Shown: positions 54,727 to 57,413 of the stretch, piece by piece
Layout: every line of letters begins with the position of its first letter
Numbering within the stretch: position 1 is the first letter of the stretch
Origin: an uncultured Planctomycetales bacterium
GTDB taxonomy: Bacteria; Omnitrophota; Gorgyraeia; Gygaellales; Profunditerraquicolaceae
Reading direction: 5' to 3'
Length of the DNA: 57,413 bases
Assembly (NCBI GenBank): GCA_964608955.1
Contig: CAZSQC010000001.1
Coordinates: forward strand, 6,959 to 64,371
Translations under genes and position numbers: made by a program
The notes under the pieces: generated by a model
Told to the model about the DNA's origin: nothing
The model's database searches: none
What the model saw: the letters and a program-made list of their open reading frames with translations, nothing else

Positions 54727-56748
54727 TTACCTGATTTTCGCCCCAAATGTGTTTATTAATGTTTCGCGGATTAAAGAATCTAACGGAGCGATTTCCTCTT
54801 CTACCAACGTACGCTCACTTGAACCGTAAATACATGAAACGGTAAGCCCGCGGTAACCCTCGGGAATCTGCTTACCCTGGTAGTAATCTTTTACTTTGAG
54901 ATCCTTCAACAGCGGCAGGCCTTTTTCTTTTAAAAGCGCGGTTACCTTTTCGAGAGAATTCTCTTTCTTTATTACAAAGCTTATATCGCGCACAATATTA
55001 GGATATTTCGGAATCGGAATATATATACTATCTAAAGAAATCTTGCGGAGAAGTTTCTCGAGGTTTATCTCCGCCGCAAAAACGGCATTGTTCTTTATCC
55101 CAAACTTCCCGGCTTGAGCCGAATTAAAAATATAAACTTTACCTAACGGCTCGGATGATACTAATAAAGATATTGTACCATCTTTCTCCTGCGTAAAACC
55201 ATAATCTTTAATACCTATTCTAAGGAAAAGTTTCTCTATTACTCCTTTTAAATGACAGATACTCAATTCATCATTTACCGTATTTTCTTTAAGCAGAATT
55301 TTCCTTTCTCCGCTTAAAACAATACCGAGATTGAGATTCTCATCGACAGCTTCCTTTTTCCCGGCAAAAATATTCCCGATCTCAAAGAAACAAACGCAAT
55401 CCTGTTTTTGATTAAGGTTGTACGCTACCAAACGCATAAGCCCGGGAATAAGAGTAGTTCTTAATATGCTCTGCTCCTGGCTAAGAGGATTTAAAACTTC
55501 AACCATGCTACTTTCCTGGCCATATTCAAATAGAACTCTGCGGTCAGTAAGGCTGTAAGTTACTGCTTCATCTAAGCCTAAACCTAAGAGTATATTTTTT
55601 ATAACAGAGCTTAAATCTCTTCTGTCCCTTAGCGTTACAGATGCGCACACCTTCGGAAGGCTCACCGGAATTTTATCATACCCGTAGATACGTGCAATCT
55701 CTTCTATCAAATCCTCCTCAATCTTAATATCCTGTCTAAAAGAAGGCGTTTTTACAAGTAACGAATTTTTTTTAACCGCTGACACCTTAAGGCCCAGCCC
55801 CGACAAAATACTCCGTATCTTTAAGGGGCTGATTGAAACGCCCAATATTCTTTCTAGGTCTGAAAAGATTAACGGAACATTTATTTCTTTTTCTTTCCCC
55901 GCGCCTTTCTTAATAAAGCATGTCTTTGTGGCTCCGGAAGTACTCTTTATCAGCTCTACTGCGCGCAAAGATACTTTATCAACCTGCGCTAAATCTACTC
56001 CCCTCTCAAACCTGTAACTCGATTCGCTCTGCAAACCCTGTGCCTGTCTTGCCCGACGTACCAGAATAGGATCAAACGAAGCGGACTCAAGAAGTATGTT
56101 TCTTGTCCCGAAAGTAACCTCGCTTTCTTTACCCCCCATTATTCCTGCCAAGGCAAGCGGTTTTTTATCATCAGCGATTACCAGTATATTTTGATTTAGC
56201 ATCCTTTCCGCATCATCAATAGTTATTATCTTTTCCCCTGCCCTGGCCCTCCTCACAATAATCCTATTCCCGGAAATTTTATCTAAGTCAAAGGCATGCA
56301 TAGGTTGCCCGAACTCAAAAAGAAGATAATTTGTTATATCTACGACATTGTTAACGCTGCGACAACCTAAAAGCTCCAGTCTGTCTTTTATCCATTGAGG
56401 AGAAGGACCAATCTTAACGTCTCTTAATATTCTTGCTACATATAACGGACAGTCTTTTTTATCCTGGATTTCCAGGTTTACCGTTTTTTCAATAGACTCA
56501 TCGGCCTTCTTGAATCTTCCCGTTTCTTTTAATTTTTTACCCGTAATAACGGCTACTTCGCGCGCAATACCGAATATGCTTAACCAATCGGGTCGATTCG
56601 AGGTAATTTCAATTTCAAAGACAAAATCTCCGCGCTTCTCCTCTAAAGAAACCACTTCAATCCCGGCCATAGTAAGCTTTTCAGCCAACGCCTCGGGAGA
56701 AAGTTTTATATCAACAAAATCTTTTAACCAGCTATAGGTTACCTTCAT
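54727..56748 (-). CDS. pheT: phenylalanine--tRNA ligase beta subunit (short form lacking the N-terminal tRNA_bind/B2 domain)
   Basis: 673 aa. MKVTYSWLKDFV start, B3/4, B5 and FDX-ACB regions are recognisable. The OB-fold insert that follows roughly the first 40 residues in E. coli PheT is absent. Confidence 0.9.
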   Translation of the reverse strand: MKVTYSWLKDFVDIKLSPEALAEKLTMAGIEVVSLEEKRGDFVFEIEITSNRPDWLSIFGIAREVAVITGKKLKETGRFKKADESIEKTVNLEIQDKKDCPLYVARILRDVKIGPSPQWIKDRLELLGCRSVNNVVDITNYLLFEFGQPMHAFDLDKISGNRIIVRRARAGEKIITIDDAERMLNQNILVIADDKKPLALAGIMGGKESEVTFGTRNILLESASFDPILVRRARQAQGLQSESSYRFERGVDLAQVDKVSLRAVELIKSTSGATKTCFIKKGAGKEKEINVPLIFSDLERILGVSISPLKIRSILSGLGLKVSAVKKNSLLVKTPSFRQDIKIEEDLIEEIARIYGYDKIPVSLPKVCASVTLRDRRDLSSVIKNILLGLGLDEAVTYSLTDRRVLFEYGQESSMVEVLNPLSQEQSILRTTLIPGLMRLVAYNLNQKQDCVCFFEIGNIFAGKKEAVDENLNLGIVLSGERKILLKENTVNDELSICHLKGVIEKLFLRIGIKDYGFTQEKDGTISLLVSSEPLGKVYIFNSAQAGKFGIKNNAVFAAEINLEKLLRKISLDSIYIPIPKYPNIVRDISFVIKKENSLEKVTALLKEKGLPLLKDLKVKDYYQGKQIPEGYRGLTVSCIYGSSERTLVEEEIAPLDSLIRETLINTFGAKIR

Positions 56749-56749
56749 C

Positions 56750-57413
<664 letters not shown>

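Overview
AT-rich, very densely coding chromosomal segment from a bacterium with a Gram-negative-type envelope (TolC/RND efflux, lipobox lipoproteins). No transposase, integrase or CRISPR array was seen. All protein genes but one (ComM/YifB-like, plus strand) are on the minus strand, as are tRNA-Asp and a candidate sRNA. They sit in long, often translationally coupled strings separated by a few short intergenic regions with sigma70-like TTGACA-N16/17-TAnAAT promoters. About two thirds is housekeeping: PheST, RarA, UvrD-family helicase, AccA, FolE, MnmE, FolC, PurH and others. The main accessory locus is a roughly 12 kb operon (about 12199 down to 1). It encodes a type II PKS-like core: KS-alpha, a KS-beta/CLF-like partner whose Cys-His-His triad reads Arg-Asp-Asn, and an ACP. 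Around it are a cobalamin-type radical SAM enzyme, an SRPBCC cyclase/aromatase-like protein, a PF04199-type cyclase, an SDR, a ketopantoate-reductase-family enzyme, a tandem TIGR04076 protein, a PCP_red-like protein, a frameshifted MFS exporter and an amidohydrolase_2 enzyme, followed by a nucleoside phosphorylase plus MtnA-like isomerase tail. A MarR-controlled TolC/MFP/RND operon lies directly upstream. I do not recognise this gene combination as a characterised pathway. Other notable items: a full-length EF-G fused to a roughly 325 aa N-terminal TM helix plus coiled coil; two Ddl-like ATP-grasp genes, KamA, an EF-G paralog and a P-loop-less YchF in one string behind a leader hairpin; a promoter-to-U-tract, roughly 184 nt rod-shaped candidate sRNA (6S-like) between pheT and rarA; and a coupled tRNA-binding/YkgJ/DUF2156/exonuclease operon. 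All family assignments rest on motif recognition by eye, with no database searches run.
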